A stretch of DNA of 64,000 nucleotides from Candidatus Bathyarchaeia archaeon. GTDB lineage: Archaea; Thermoproteota; Bathyarchaeia; Bathyarchaeales; Bathycorpusculaceae. Positions 20,480 through 30,471 of this stretch are shown in pieces. The stretch lies in NCBI GenBank assembly GCA_049521795.1, contig JBEKOM010000001.1:512001-576000 (forward strand), written 5' to 3'. Under the pieces are notes generated by a model. That model was given only the letters and a program-made list of their open reading frames with translations, did not search any database and was not told where the DNA came from. Positions within the stretch are counted from its first letter, which is position 1; each line of letters begins with the position of its first letter. The position numbers were made by a program, and so were the translations under genes.

Positions 20480-21727
20480 TTAAGGGTCTGAACCCACGTA
20501 TAGTCTAAAACTGCCGCTTATGAGTATCGTGTCCAAAATGTTGACTATGCCATCATTGCTTACGTCTGCCGCAGGGTTCCAATTCGGATCCCCAGGCGAG
20601 GACCCGAAAGCGTTGGCTGCGGTTATAGCGTCTAGGATGTTGACGCTGCCGTCGTCGTTGACGTCGCCAAACAACCTGACCTTTACGAGCACGAGACTGG
20701 ACATAACGTTGTTCGTGATGTTGGCTTCGCCTAGAATCGTGCTTGCAACGGCCGTGATATTATACCAGTGAGAGGGCTGAGCACCTGTGCTGTTCCAAAC
20801 AAACCTGAGCACAAGAGTCCCGTTTGGAGGCAAATTCGTGACTGGCTGAGTCCCGATAGTGACGTTGGCCGGTATTGCAGTAGCGTTGAGCGCATACAAG
20901 CTGACCGTGAAGTTTTCAGTCGCTTCGCCCAAGTTTGCGACGGTAACGTTGACGCCGGCATGACAAAGCTTGCCCTGATAAACCCAATCAGCATCAGGCA
21001 CGACTTCAGTGACAGCCACGTCACGTAACATCGCAGCCTCCAGACTCAGGGTGCAGTTTGTCGTCTGACCTTGATGCACAACAGCCAACGTGGTGTTTGA
21101 CAAATACCCAGTCATGCTCGCGGTCACAGTGTAATTCCCCGCCGTAACGTTGTAGAACGTCCAGTTTCCACTGTTTCCAGTTATGTTCCAATGTGTTTCT
21201 GGTCCCTGAATAGAAACGTTTGCACCGACGATCGGGTTTAACGTTGCAGCGTCAATCACAGTTACCATGAGATTGCCCTGGTTGGGCACAGAAACGGCCT
21301 GTAGGCTCAGGGTGCAGTTTGTCGTTAGGTCTGGATTTACTATAGCCAGCGTACTGTTTGGCAGATACCCACTCATGGTGGCGGTGACATTGTAGGTTCC
21401 TGACGTGACGCTGTAGAACGTCCAATTTCCACTATTTCCAGTAATGTTCCAGTGCGTTTCCGGCCCCTGAATCGAAACGTTCGCACCGACAATCGGGTTT
21501 AACGTTGCAGCATCAACCACATCCACCATAAGATTGCCCTGGTAAAAAGGCACGCACAGCGTGCGCGAGAGACCTTTGCCGATCGCAGTGTTTATGTCTA
21601 TTTGAGAAGCTGCAGATGTCTTTGGAGTTAATACGACAAAGGTTGAAAGAAGAATCGCTGATATAATTATGAGAGAAGCTACCTTTCCAAGCGAAGCTAC
21701 CTTCCTCACTACTCCATCCCCTCCCAC
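20480..21727 (-). CDS. Secreted surface glycoprotein: two carboxypeptidase-regulatory-like repeats, CARDB-like domain, C-terminal dockerin
   Basis: Signal peptide, two ~80-aa repeats, DVAVTEV...VANLG...ENFTV, GDVNDDGSVNILD and ADVSNDGIVNILD; many N-x-S/T sequons. Confidence 0.85.
   Translation of the reverse strand: MGGDGVVRKVASLGKVASLIIISAILLSTFVVLTPKTSAASQIDINTAIGKGLSRTLCVPFYQGNLMVDVVDAATLNPIVGANVSIQGPETHWNITGNSGNWTFYSVTSGTYNVTATMSGYLPNSTLAIVNPDLTTNCTLSLQAVSVPNQGNLMVTVIDAATLNPIVGANVSIQGPETHWNITGNSGNWTFYNVTAGNYTVTASMTGYLSNTTLAVVHQGQTTNCTLSLEAAMLRDVAVTEVVPDADWVYQGKLCHAGVNVTVANLGEATENFTVSLYALNATAIPANVTIGTQPVTNLPPNGTLVLRFVWNSTGAQPSHWYNITAVASTILGEANITNNVMSSLVLVKVRLFGDVNDDGSVNILDAITAANAFGSSPGDPNWNPAADVSNDGIVNILDTILISGSFRLYVGSDP
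21040..21542 (-). repeat. Intragenic tandem duplication, 261-nt period
   Basis: QGNLMV..DAATLNPIVGANVSIQGPETHWNITGNSGNWTFY occurs twice with synonymous divergence. Confidence 0.9.
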
Positions 21728-22033
21728 GTCTACATTCTATACAAATAGGCGCGTACTCTTATGGTTTTCTGAATCGGGTCATAAAGGAATGTTCCATGTT
21801 GACTGAACAATAAAGCTCGAAACGATCCCCGTTCAGCGCGCGCTAAACGTTCCCAACAAGCAGGCGTCCCATCGCTGCATCCATGTTGATGGTGCGTCTT
21901 GTCTTCTTCGTTTTGTGCTGCACCTTAAGGCTCCAGATGGGCAGCAGAACCAGTTCCCTTGACTCTGACTTTACGCCTCACAAACCAAGTCCTTGGACCC
22001 ACCCGACAGCCCCCCATCCAACATGAACATCCA

Positions 22034-22098
22034 CAGCGTTTTCAACAATGCCGGCTCACTGTATATACAAAATGTATATGCAAAACGTATAAGCTCTT
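22034..22098 (-). repeat. Dispersed non-coding element, copy A (three 13-mers plus GTTGAAAACGCTG)
   Basis: Minus strand TTATACGTTTTGC ATATACATTTTGT ATATACAGTGAGC CGGCATTGTTGAAAACGCTG; matches 34529-34636 and 39118-39225. Confidence 0.85.
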
Positions 22099-22187
22099 GC
22101 GCGCGCTCCGTTCTCTTTCTCACAGTGCCTTTCCTGACACTATCAATTATCTCGGATCGACACAAAGGCGAGCTTGCACGCACGCTA

Positions 22188-22583
22188 CTAGAGACTTTCA
22201 ACTCTTATTTTCGTGCCACTCTTGACCTGCCTGAACAGTTCAAGATCGCCGGTTACCTTTCCAATGATGTTCACCGGGCTGTAGGGCTGCGATTTTCCGT
22301 GGAAGATGCATATCGCGCTTCCCATGGGCCAGAACGCGATTGTCCCAGTTTCAACGGTGGCTTTTGCTTTTTCTTCGCCCATCTTGACAGGAGTTTCAAA
22401 GTACACCTCTTCTTTCCACAGGGCCGCTCTTCCCTCTATCGGCAGTTTCCGAACTATCATGTCTATCGTTCTCGGAGCCAAGAAACGCACAAGCTCTCCT
22501 TCGGTTTCACCCATTCCTTCAACCGTGAACTTCACTTTTACCCGAGAGACTTCTCCTTTCTCTTCATTTTTCTCTTCACTCAT
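22188..22583 (-). CDS. Cyclophilin-like fold protein (TM1367/DUF369-like)
   Basis: LPIEGRA..W.EEVYF, GTIAFWPMG.AICIF.G, SPVNIIGKV. Confidence 0.85.
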   Translation of the reverse strand: MSEEKNEEKGEVSRVKVKFTVEGMGETEGELVRFLAPRTIDMIVRKLPIEGRAALWKEEVYFETPVKMGEEKAKATVETGTIAFWPMGSAICIFHGKSQPYSPVNIIGKVTGDLELFRQVKSGTKIRVESL

Positions 22584-23914
22584 AGCTTCTTCACACTCTT
22601 TTCGATGAACTCGTCCAAGACGTGCTCAAGCGAAACGGGCCCCAGAACTTTAAGCTCATAATTGACCCTTACCGTTGGCTGCTTGATCGTTATCACCCTT
22701 CTCAAATCTATGGGCGTGCCGATCACTACGACGTCACACGGAGTGCGGTCGATAGTCTCTTTGAGCTCAGCTACCTGTTTTCCACCGTAGCCCAACGCAG
22801 GAAGTACTGCACCTAGATGCCTGTACTTTTCATACGCCGCCTTAATCGAACCCACAGCGTAGGGCCTCGGATCGACGATTGCCCCTGCTCCGAACTTCTG
22901 CGCAAATATCACTCCGGCTCCATAGGGCATGCTTCCGTGAGTGATCGTAGGTCCATCCTCAATCACAAGCACACGTTTGCCCCTGACAGCCTCCGGCTTA
23001 TCAGCGGTTATCGGAGAAGCAGCTTCCAAAACCGTTGCGCCTGGATTGACCATCTTAATGTTTTCCTTAACCAACTTAACTTTCTGCGGATCAGCAGTGT
23101 CAACCTTGTTTATTATTATGATGTCGGCCATTCGGAGGTTTGCCTCGCCAGGATGGTAAGCCAGCTCATGACCAGCTCTATGAGGGTCAGCCAAAACAAT
23201 GAGCAGATCTGGCTTGTAGAAGGACAAATCATTGTTGCCGCCATCCCAAACTATTACGTCTGCCTCTTCCTCTGCCTCGTGCAGTATTTTTTCGTAGTCA
23301 ACTCCAGCGTAGACAATTATGCCGTTGTCGATGTGCGGCTCATACTCCTCTCTCTCCTCAATCGTGCAGTTATACCTGTCCAGATCCTCATAAGAGGCAA
23401 ATCGTTCACAGACTTGCTTCGTCAGGTCTCCATAAGGCATCGGATGCCTGATTGCTACAACATTCAAACCCTTGCTCTTCAGAATCTTGCCAACTTGGCG
23501 TGAAGTTTGACTCTTTCCTGATCCGGTTCTGACCGCGCAGACCGCAATCACTGGCACTTTTGCCTTCAGCATCGTCGTCTTCGGCCCCATTAACCGAAAG
23601 TCTGCGCCGTTTGCAAGCACGATAGAAGCCTTGTGCATGACGTATTCATGCGAAACGTCACTGTAAGCGAAAACAACCTGGTCAACATCGTGGTCTCTTA
23701 TCAGCTTAGGAAGTTCTTCCTCTTGATAAATTGGTATACCATCTGGATACCTTGAACCTGCAAGCTCCGGCGGATAGTTTCTCCCTCCTATCCCAGGGAT
23801 CTGCGTTGCCGTGAAAGCTACAACCTCATAAGCATCGTTGTTTCTGAAGTAGACGTTAAAGTTATGGAAGTCCCTACCAGCCGCGCCCATTATAATAACT
23901 CTCGTCTTGTGCAT
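22580..23914 (-). CDS. P-loop NTPase of the cyclic 2,3-diphosphoglycerate synthetase-like family
   Basis: GAAGRDFHNFN, AVRTGSGKSQT, EEREEYEPHI, WDGGNND, EDGPT.THG. Confidence 0.8.
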   Translation of the reverse strand: MHKTRVIIMGAAGRDFHNFNVYFRNNDAYEVVAFTATQIPGIGGRNYPPELAGSRYPDGIPIYQEEELPKLIRDHDVDQVVFAYSDVSHEYVMHKASIVLANGADFRLMGPKTTMLKAKVPVIAVCAVRTGSGKSQTSRQVGKILKSKGLNVVAIRHPMPYGDLTKQVCERFASYEDLDRYNCTIEEREEYEPHIDNGIIVYAGVDYEKILHEAEEEADVIVWDGGNNDLSFYKPDLLIVLADPHRAGHELAYHPGEANLRMADIIIINKVDTADPQKVKLVKENIKMVNPGATVLEAASPITADKPEAVRGKRVLVIEDGPTITHGSMPYGAGVIFAQKFGAGAIVDPRPYAVGSIKAAYEKYRHLGAVLPALGYGGKQVAELKETIDRTPCDVVVIGTPIDLRRVITIKQPTVRVNYELKVLGPVSLEHVLDEFIEKSVKKL

Positions 23915-23994
23915 AAACGATTCCTCTCAAAACCCAGATCAGGTGGGGGTTCAATACTAGCCGCTAATTCTATTTAAACCTAGCGTGGACAAAA

Positions 23995-25125
23995 CTACCG
24001 TAACAGCCTTTGCACCGTTTCTCCTATGAAATCTATCTGTTTCGACGTTACACCGGGATGAACTGGTAATGAGAACACTTGTTTTGAAACCGCTTCCGTC
24101 ACGGGCAGTCTACACTTTCCAAACCTCCGGTAGTACGACATTAGATGAACGGGATTCACATAACAAACGAAAGCTCCAATTCCCTCCTTCTTCAAGTCTT
24201 CAACAAGCTTGTCCCTGTTTGCACTTTTCGCGCCCTTCAGCCTCACAGTGTAAAGATACCAACTGGGCTTGAAGCCCTTAGGTTCCACGGGCAACTTCAA
24301 CCTCGTTTTTTCAAGCAGTTTGCTCAGTCTTCTTGCGTTCTCACGTCTTCTAGCGACGAATCTTGGCAGTTTCTTCAGTTGCACACATCCTATGGCCGCT
24401 TCCATCTCTGGCATATGATAGTTATGTCCCAGCATCAGAGACATGTACTTCTTCTTCTCTCCGTGACTTCGCAAGTACCGAGCGGTCTCTGCAATCTTCG
24501 CGTCGTTCGTAGTGATCATTCCGCCCTCACCTGTGGTAATGTTCTTGCTTCCATAGAAACTCCAGCAGGCAGCATCAGCGAAGACTCCGACTGGTTTCCC
24601 AAAATACGTGGCTCCATGGGCTTGAGCAGCGTCCTCAACGATTTTCAGTCCATGCTTATCAGCGACTTCCCTAATGGGTTTCATGTCAGCAGGCATGCCG
24701 TAAAGGTCAACTGGCATAACAGCCTTAGTCTTCCTGGTTACAGCCCTTTCGATATTTCTGGCAGAAACGGTGTAGGTGTCTGGGTCAATGTCGACGAAAA
24801 CAGGCTTAGCTCCTTTGAAGACAGCAACCTCGGCTGTTGCCACAAACGTGAAGCTTGGCATAATAACCTCGTCGCCAGGCTTAACACCAGCTGCTGCAAG
24901 AGCTGAGTGCAAAGCAGCTGTTCCAGAGTTAAGGGCTATAGCATACTTTGCCTTCACGAATTCTCCATACGAATGCTCAAACTCCGTAACCATTGGACCA
25001 GCGCCGAGTCCGTTGGTCAGCAATCCGCTTTTCAGAACCTTAGTGACAGCGTCGATTTCCTCTTTCCCTATCTGAGGCTGGTTGATTTGAATCATCATGT
25101 CGCCACGCGCTAGTATAATATTCAT
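23995..25125 (-). CDS. DegT/DnrJ/EryC1/StrS PLP aminotransferase
   Basis: NSGTAALH, FTFVATA, EDAAQAHGA, SFYGSKNITTGEGGM. Confidence 0.93.
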   Translation of the reverse strand: MNIILARGDMMIQINQPQIGKEEIDAVTKVLKSGLLTNGLGAGPMVTEFEHSYGEFVKAKYAIALNSGTAALHSALAAAGVKPGDEVIMPSFTFVATAEVAVFKGAKPVFVDIDPDTYTVSARNIERAVTRKTKAVMPVDLYGMPADMKPIREVADKHGLKIVEDAAQAHGATYFGKPVGVFADAACWSFYGSKNITTGEGGMITTNDAKIAETARYLRSHGEKKKYMSLMLGHNYHMPEMEAAIGCVQLKKLPRFVARRRENARRLSKLLEKTRLKLPVEPKGFKPSWYLYTVRLKGAKSANRDKLVEDLKKEGIGAFVCYVNPVHLMSYYRRFGKCRLPVTEAVSKQVFSLPVHPGVTSKQIDFIGETVQRLLR

Positions 25126-25179
25126 TGGCTAATAACCTATGCGCATGACTTTCTCTCTGCCGCCAGAATTTCATAAGAC

Positions 25180-25824
25180 CTAAAAGGTTGAAAAACTACC
25201 CAAGTTCTGGATCCTGTTCAGAAACTCTTCCTTTTCCTTCTCCACTTCTGCCTTCTTTCTTGTCAGAAAATCCAATTCCTCGGATATCTCTTCTAGCCAC
25301 CGTTTAATAGCTAAGCCGCATTCTTCATCACTCTCCCTAGACAAGTACGAAGAAACGTCGCAAGGTACCCCCCTCTTCAACAGGCCCAATGGATAATTGA
25401 TGAGCTGATATTTTGAGAACGGAAAGAAATGCCTAGTCGTACGAGGTTCCATGAGTTGCCTATCAAGTCCCGCCGAGATAACCCTCTCAACAGCAATCTC
25501 TTCATTCGGATCACTCGTGTATTGATGAATCCTTCTTCTTCCAACGCGAATCGCTGGCTTTTGGAAAACGTCAACTAGCAACACTGGTATTGACTTGCAG
25601 CCAATGCTCTTGAGCGCTAGCCAACGATGCATTCCGTCTAGGATGACGCGTGTCCTTTCGTCAGCCACTATGGGATACCTGAGCACTCCATCCCTGAGTA
25701 TTTCACGTCTAAGAAACTCCAAGTAGACGGGAGAACCCTTTTCATGTGGTCTGAGTTGGTCAATTTGTAACAAGACCACTCTATTGAATCTTGAATTTTC
25801 AGTTCTCAGAACACTTGATGTCAA
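25180..25824 (-). CDS. ParB/Srx-fold protein, SerK/SbnI-like (putative free-serine kinase)
   Basis: LRPHE, PIVAD, ILDGMHRW.AL and PRTTRHFFPF motifs. Confidence 0.7.
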   Translation of the reverse strand: MTSSVLRTENSRFNRVVLLQIDQLRPHEKGSPVYLEFLRREILRDGVLRYPIVADERTRVILDGMHRWLALKSIGCKSIPVLLVDVFQKPAIRVGRRRIHQYTSDPNEEIAVERVISAGLDRQLMEPRTTRHFFPFSKYQLINYPLGLLKRGVPCDVSSYLSRESDEECGLAIKRWLEEISEELDFLTRKKAEVEKEKEEFLNRIQNLGSFSTF

Positions 25825-25839
25825 TGGTTTCCAATTCTC

Positions 25840-27225
25840 CTAATGGCTGAACGTGGGAACTTCGATTTTCTCCGGTTCGTACTCTACGAGTTTTCCGGCA
25901 AGAAACTGCTCATACGCTGACAGGTCAAGCAAGCCGTGCCCACTGTAATTCATCGCGATTATTCTCTTTTCACCAGTCTTCTTGCATCTCAGAGCCTCGT
26001 CTACGACAAATTTCAGGCTGTGAGCCGTTTCAGGAGCCGTTATCATGCCTTCCGTTTGAGCCAGCAGCTTCGCGGCCTCGAAAATCTCTACTTGACCGTA
26101 CGCAACTGACCTTGCATAGCCTTTATGGATCAGGTACGATATCAACGGCGCCATCCCGTGATATCTTAAACCACCCGCATGGACTGGGGGACACGCATAA
26201 TCGTGTCCAATCGTCAGCATCTTGATGAGCGGAGTCATCTTGCCAGTGTCACCGTGGTCATAAGTGTAAATACCTCTGGTCGTGTGCGGAATCGCCTTCG
26301 ATTCGCATGCAACAAACTCCGTGCTTGTTTTTCCTCTGAGCTTATCCCTCATGAACGGGAAGCAGAAACCACCATAGTTGGAACCGCCGCCTATGCAACC
26401 GCAGACCACGCTTGGGCTTATGTCTAAGAGTTCAAACTGTTTTTTGGCCTCCAACCCCACGATGGTTTGATGCATCAAAACATGGTTCAGCACTGAGCCA
26501 AGCGAATATCTGGTATCGTCATGAGCGAGAGTGTCTTCTATGGCTTCAGTGATCGCTATGCCAAGTGTCCCAGGAAGGTTCGGATTCTCTTTAAGCAGCT
26601 TCCTGCCGAAGCTTGTCTGGTCGCTTGGCGATGGGAACATCTCAGCTCCGTACAGTTGCGCTATCGTTCTCCTGCCAGGCTTCTGTTCATAGCTCACTCG
26701 GACCATGTATATTCGGCATTTCAACCCAAAAAGCCGGGTTGCCAAGGCCAAGGCTGTTCCCCACTGCCCTGCGCCTGTCTCAGTGGCAAGTCTTTCGACC
26801 CCTTGTTTCTTGTTGTAGTAGGCTTGCGCGATGGCCGTGTTGGTCTTGTGGCTCCCCGTGGGACTGAAGTTTTCACACTTGAAGTATATCTGCGCAGGCG
26901 TCTTCAAGAACTTCTCAAGCCTGCGTGCACGGTAAAGCGGAGTTGGACGCGGAAGCCCGAGATACGCGTCAAGCACATCATTCGGTATTGGGATGAAGCG
27001 TTCCGCTGAAACCTCTTGTTTGACAAGTTCTTTCGCAAATATCCTTTCAAGCATCTCTGGACCTATCGGCTTCAGCGTTGTTGGATCCAACGGAGGTGCC
27101 AGAGGTTCTGGCAGATCGGCTTGTATGTTGTACCAAGATGTGGGTATGTCGTCTGGGCTCAAGTTTGTCACATATTCTGCGTTTTTGTGCGATTGCTGTG
27201 TCATTTTAGGTTCTCCAATGAACAT
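25840..27225 (-). CDS. trpB2: TrpB2-type tryptophan synthase beta subunit
   Basis: IPTSWYNIQADLP, TGSHKTNTA, TETGAGQWG, GSVLNHV, HAGGLRYHG. Confidence 0.93.
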   Translation of the reverse strand: MFIGEPKMTQQSHKNAEYVTNLSPDDIPTSWYNIQADLPEPLAPPLDPTTLKPIGPEMLERIFAKELVKQEVSAERFIPIPNDVLDAYLGLPRPTPLYRARRLEKFLKTPAQIYFKCENFSPTGSHKTNTAIAQAYYNKKQGVERLATETGAGQWGTALALATRLFGLKCRIYMVRVSYEQKPGRRTIAQLYGAEMFPSPSDQTSFGRKLLKENPNLPGTLGIAITEAIEDTLAHDDTRYSLGSVLNHVLMHQTIVGLEAKKQFELLDISPSVVCGCIGGGSNYGGFCFPFMRDKLRGKTSTEFVACESKAIPHTTRGIYTYDHGDTGKMTPLIKMLTIGHDYACPPVHAGGLRYHGMAPLISYLIHKGYARSVAYGQVEIFEAAKLLAQTEGMITAPETAHSLKFVVDEALRCKKTGEKRIIAMNYSGHGLLDLSAYEQFLAGKLVEYEPEKIEVPTFSH

Positions 27226-27314
27226 TTACATACATTGATGCTATTTAGCATACTCAAGACGGCAAGAACATATTTATACTTTGTTGCACAAAAATGTACA
27301 CGGGGCCAGCTGCC

Positions 27315-27818
27315 ATGTGGAGTAACGTGAAGAAATATTTCGAGGGGCATCCTGAGAGGCTCAGTGTAACCCGCGTTCTCATCGAGAATGGACTCAGTGC
27401 AAGGAGCGGGAAGATTTACCTTAACGAGATCGAGATTCCGCCAGTGCGTGTGGCCCGGGCTGCAGGGGTGGACAGGAGAACTGTCAAGGAGACATTGAAC
27501 GCAATAAAATCTGACCGTGAACTTAGGTTGATATTTGAGGGCATAAGATCTTCTGGACTTTCACTCAAGGAGATTGCTAAGCATTTGAACTTGGGAGTGG
27601 TCGAAATAACACCTGTCGATGCGAAGATCCCGGGAATACTAGCCAGCTCCGCAATGATTTTGGCGAAGAATGGTTTGAGCATAAGACAGGCAATCGTGGA
27701 CGACCCCGAGCTTTCACCCGAACCCAAACTTTCACTGATCGTTGAAAAGAAAATCCCAGGGGAACTCATTCCTGAGCTACTGAATGTGAAAGGAGTGGCC
27801 AAAGTCTCAGTGTACTAG
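27315..27818 (+). CDS. ACT-domain amino-acid-binding regulator with HTH
   Basis: IEIPP..VARAAGVDRRTV, PGILA, ISIRQAIVDDPE; divergent from trpB2. Confidence 0.82.
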   Translation: MWSNVKKYFEGHPERLSVTRVLIENGLSARSGKIYLNEIEIPPVRVARAAGVDRRTVKETLNAIKSDRELRLIFEGIRSSGLSLKEIAKHLNLGVVEITPVDAKIPGILASSAMILAKNGLSIRQAIVDDPELSPEPKLSLIVEKKIPGELIPELLNVKGVAKVSVY

Positions 27819-27979
27819 GCGGTCAAGAGCAGTTGTCGCGTTCTAAGTAGAACTGTGTTTTGAACAGCCTATTTCATGTTGCTTTTTTCCAACGTTGAAA
27901 TCACCATGCTTTCGGCAGAAAAGATAATAGAGAGCAGCAAGGGCAATTAAACAGGAGCAACGTTATGGATGGCTAACTG

Positions 27980-29959
27980 ATGGCAAGGATAGGCGTGTAC
28001 GTCTGCCACTGCGGCTCAAACATCGCTGGTGTTGTTGATGTGGAAAAAGTGGTGGAATACGCCAAAACTCTGCCAGATGTTGTGATAGCCAAGCATTACG
28101 CTTACATGTGTTCTGAACCTGGACAACAACTTATTCAAGATGATATTGAAGACCAAAAACTTGACAGAATAGTGATTGCAACATGCTCACCTCGCATGCA
28201 CGAAGAAACGTTCCGCAGAGCAGTTGCAGAAGCTGGACTAAACCCATACCTTACTGAGATAGTCAACTTGCGAGAACAAGTCTCGTGGGCGCACACTCGT
28301 GAGCCTGAGAAGGCAACAGAAAAGGCTGAAGCGCTCGTTAGGATGGGTGCGGCTCGCGCGAGGCTTCTGGAGCCGTTAGAGAAACGCAAGATGCGCGTTG
28401 AAAGGGGCGTCTTGGTCTTAGGCGGCGGCATAGCTGGCATGCAAGCCTCGCTTGACTTGGCCAATGCAGGTTTCAAAGTTTACCTAGTCGAGAAAGCCCC
28501 CAGCATAGGCGGAAAGATGGCCCAGCTGGACAAGACTTTTCCGACGATGGACTGTTCAATGTGCATTCTTGCTCCGAAAATGATAGATTGTGCGCACCAC
28601 CCGAATGTTAAACTACTCACCTACTCGGAAGTCAAAGACGTAAAGGGCTCGGTCGGCAATTTCAAGGTGACGGTTCTCAGAAAGCCGAGATACGTTGACG
28701 AGAAAAAGTGCACCGGATGCCTGATCTGCTCGGAGAACTGCCCCGCAGAAGCGCAGAGCGAGTTTGATGAGTGCATAGGAGTGAGAAAGGCGATCTACAT
28801 GCCCTTCATGCAAGCGGTTCCCAGAGTGCCAGTAATAGACAAGGAAAGTTGCGTTGAGTGCGGTCTTTGCGAGAAGGTCTGTCCTGCCGATGCCGTCAAC
28901 AGGGCGCAGAAACCGGAAGAGATCGAGCTCAACGTTGGAGCAATCGTCGTTTCAACTGGCTTCGATGTTTTCGACCCTTCGGTGATTCCGCAGTACGGAT
29001 ACAAACGATTCAAGAACGTAATAACAGCCATGGAACTTGAACGCCTTGTATGCGCATCTGGCCCGACAGGAGGACATCTGACAAGACTTTCGGACGGGAA
29101 GATACCCAGAAGCATAGCTTTCATACAATGCGTGGGCTCTCGAGACAGACGCTTCCACGAGTACTGCTGCCGCGTGGGATGCATGGTGACGCTCAAGCAG
29201 GCAATCTTGGCCCGCGAGAAGATCCCGGGCGACTTGAAGATATACACGTGTTTCATTGACCTTCGAGCGTTCGGCAAGGGCTACGAGGAATTCTATAGGC
29301 GCGCAAGGGACATGGACATAGATTTCGTGGCTGGCTTACCCTCTGAAATCCACTGCGCAGCGGACGGGTCACTCTACTTCGACGTTTATGACAGGGGAAC
29401 AAACAAGCTCTTAGAAGTTCACGCAGACTTGGTCGTGCTTGGAACGGGACTCGTACCGAGTGGCGACCTCGGGAAAATCAGTGCGCTGTTGCACGCGTCT
29501 AGAAGTGCAGACGGTTTCCTCTTGGAAGCACACCCGAAGCTGCGACCGCTCGAGAGTGCGATGGCAGGCGTGTTTCTCGCAGGAGCGTGTCAAGGACCCA
29601 AGGACATTCCTGACACGGTGGCGCAGGCAAGTGGAGCCGCGGCAAAGGTGATAGACCTGCTTTCAAGCGGAGAGATCGATATTGAACCGTTGAAAGCCGT
29701 GGTTGACAAGGACCTGTGCAGCGGATGCAGGATCTGCGAGTCAATATGTCCTTTTGTCGCTGTAGAGATGAAGTCTGAGCTCGTGAAGGGTGAAGAAAAG
29801 CTAACGGCTGAAGTCGTTGAGGCTGTGTGCCAGGGTTGCGGTCTGTGCAGCTCTGCTTGTCCGACGGGCGCTGTCAAAATCCAGCAATATGGTAACAAGC
29901 AGGTTGTGACTCAAGTTCAAGCAGCACTAGCGGAGACCTGCGCTGAAGGAGGGGTGTGA
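27980..29959 (+). CDS. hdrA: Heterodisulfide reductase subunit A
   Basis: IGVYVCHCG.NI, CSPR.HE, GGGIAG, LDKTFPTMDCS.CIL, FIQCVGSRD, EAHPKLRP, ferredoxin inserts. Confidence 0.96.
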   Translation: MARIGVYVCHCGSNIAGVVDVEKVVEYAKTLPDVVIAKHYAYMCSEPGQQLIQDDIEDQKLDRIVIATCSPRMHEETFRRAVAEAGLNPYLTEIVNLREQVSWAHTREPEKATEKAEALVRMGAARARLLEPLEKRKMRVERGVLVLGGGIAGMQASLDLANAGFKVYLVEKAPSIGGKMAQLDKTFPTMDCSMCILAPKMIDCAHHPNVKLLTYSEVKDVKGSVGNFKVTVLRKPRYVDEKKCTGCLICSENCPAEAQSEFDECIGVRKAIYMPFMQAVPRVPVIDKESCVECGLCEKVCPADAVNRAQKPEEIELNVGAIVVSTGFDVFDPSVIPQYGYKRFKNVITAMELERLVCASGPTGGHLTRLSDGKIPRSIAFIQCVGSRDRRFHEYCCRVGCMVTLKQAILAREKIPGDLKIYTCFIDLRAFGKGYEEFYRRARDMDIDFVAGLPSEIHCAADGSLYFDVYDRGTNKLLEVHADLVVLGTGLVPSGDLGKISALLHASRSADGFLLEAHPKLRPLESAMAGVFLAGACQGPKDIPDTVAQASGAAAKVIDLLSSGEIDIEPLKAVVDKDLCSGCRICESICPFVAVEMKSELVKGEEKLTAEVVEAVCQGCGLCSSACPTGAVKIQQYGNKQVVTQVQAALAETCAEGGV

Positions 29960-29960
29960 C

Positions 29961-30470
29961 TTGAGTCTCATTGACCTGATGTCAATGGCCAAGCCCAACT
30001 TCGAATTGCGAGACAGAATTCTGCTGAAGCTCGGCGGAAGGGAGCTCGTAAACTGTTACCAGTGTATAAAGTGCACGAGCGGCTGCACGGCTCTGAAGTT
30101 GCTGGAGCTGAAGCCGCACGAAATAGTGAAGCTCGTCAACCTGGGTCTAGTGGAGGATTTGCCATCTTCAGACATAATTTGGACCTGCGTCACATGCTTG
30201 AAATGCGTCCAAAGGTGCCCGCAGAAGGCTTCGCCTTACCACGTGATAATAGCCCTCAGAAACCTTGCCGTTGAAAGAGGGGCAGAAGTGCCCCAGGGAT
30301 ACTTGAAAATCGTTTCACAGATACTGGAGACCGGGTTGGCAGAGCCTCCTCAGAAGATCGTGACCAGAAAGATGGAAACCGTTGACCGCGAATCCGCGAA
30401 ACTGCCGAAGATCAAGCCTCCGAAGCAGACTTTTCAAGCCGCGCTCATGAAGACTATGGAGGAGAAGTAG
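29961..30470 (+). CDS. hdrC: Heterodisulfide reductase subunit C
   Basis: CYQCIKCTSGC and IWTCVTCLKCVQRCPQ 4Fe-4S motifs. Confidence 0.9.
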   Translation: MSLIDLMSMAKPNFELRDRILLKLGGRELVNCYQCIKCTSGCTALKLLELKPHEIVKLVNLGLVEDLPSSDIIWTCVTCLKCVQRCPQKASPYHVIIALRNLAVERGAEVPQGYLKIVSQILETGLAEPPQKIVTRKMETVDRESAKLPKIKPPKQTFQAALMKTMEEK

Positions 30471-30471
30471 G

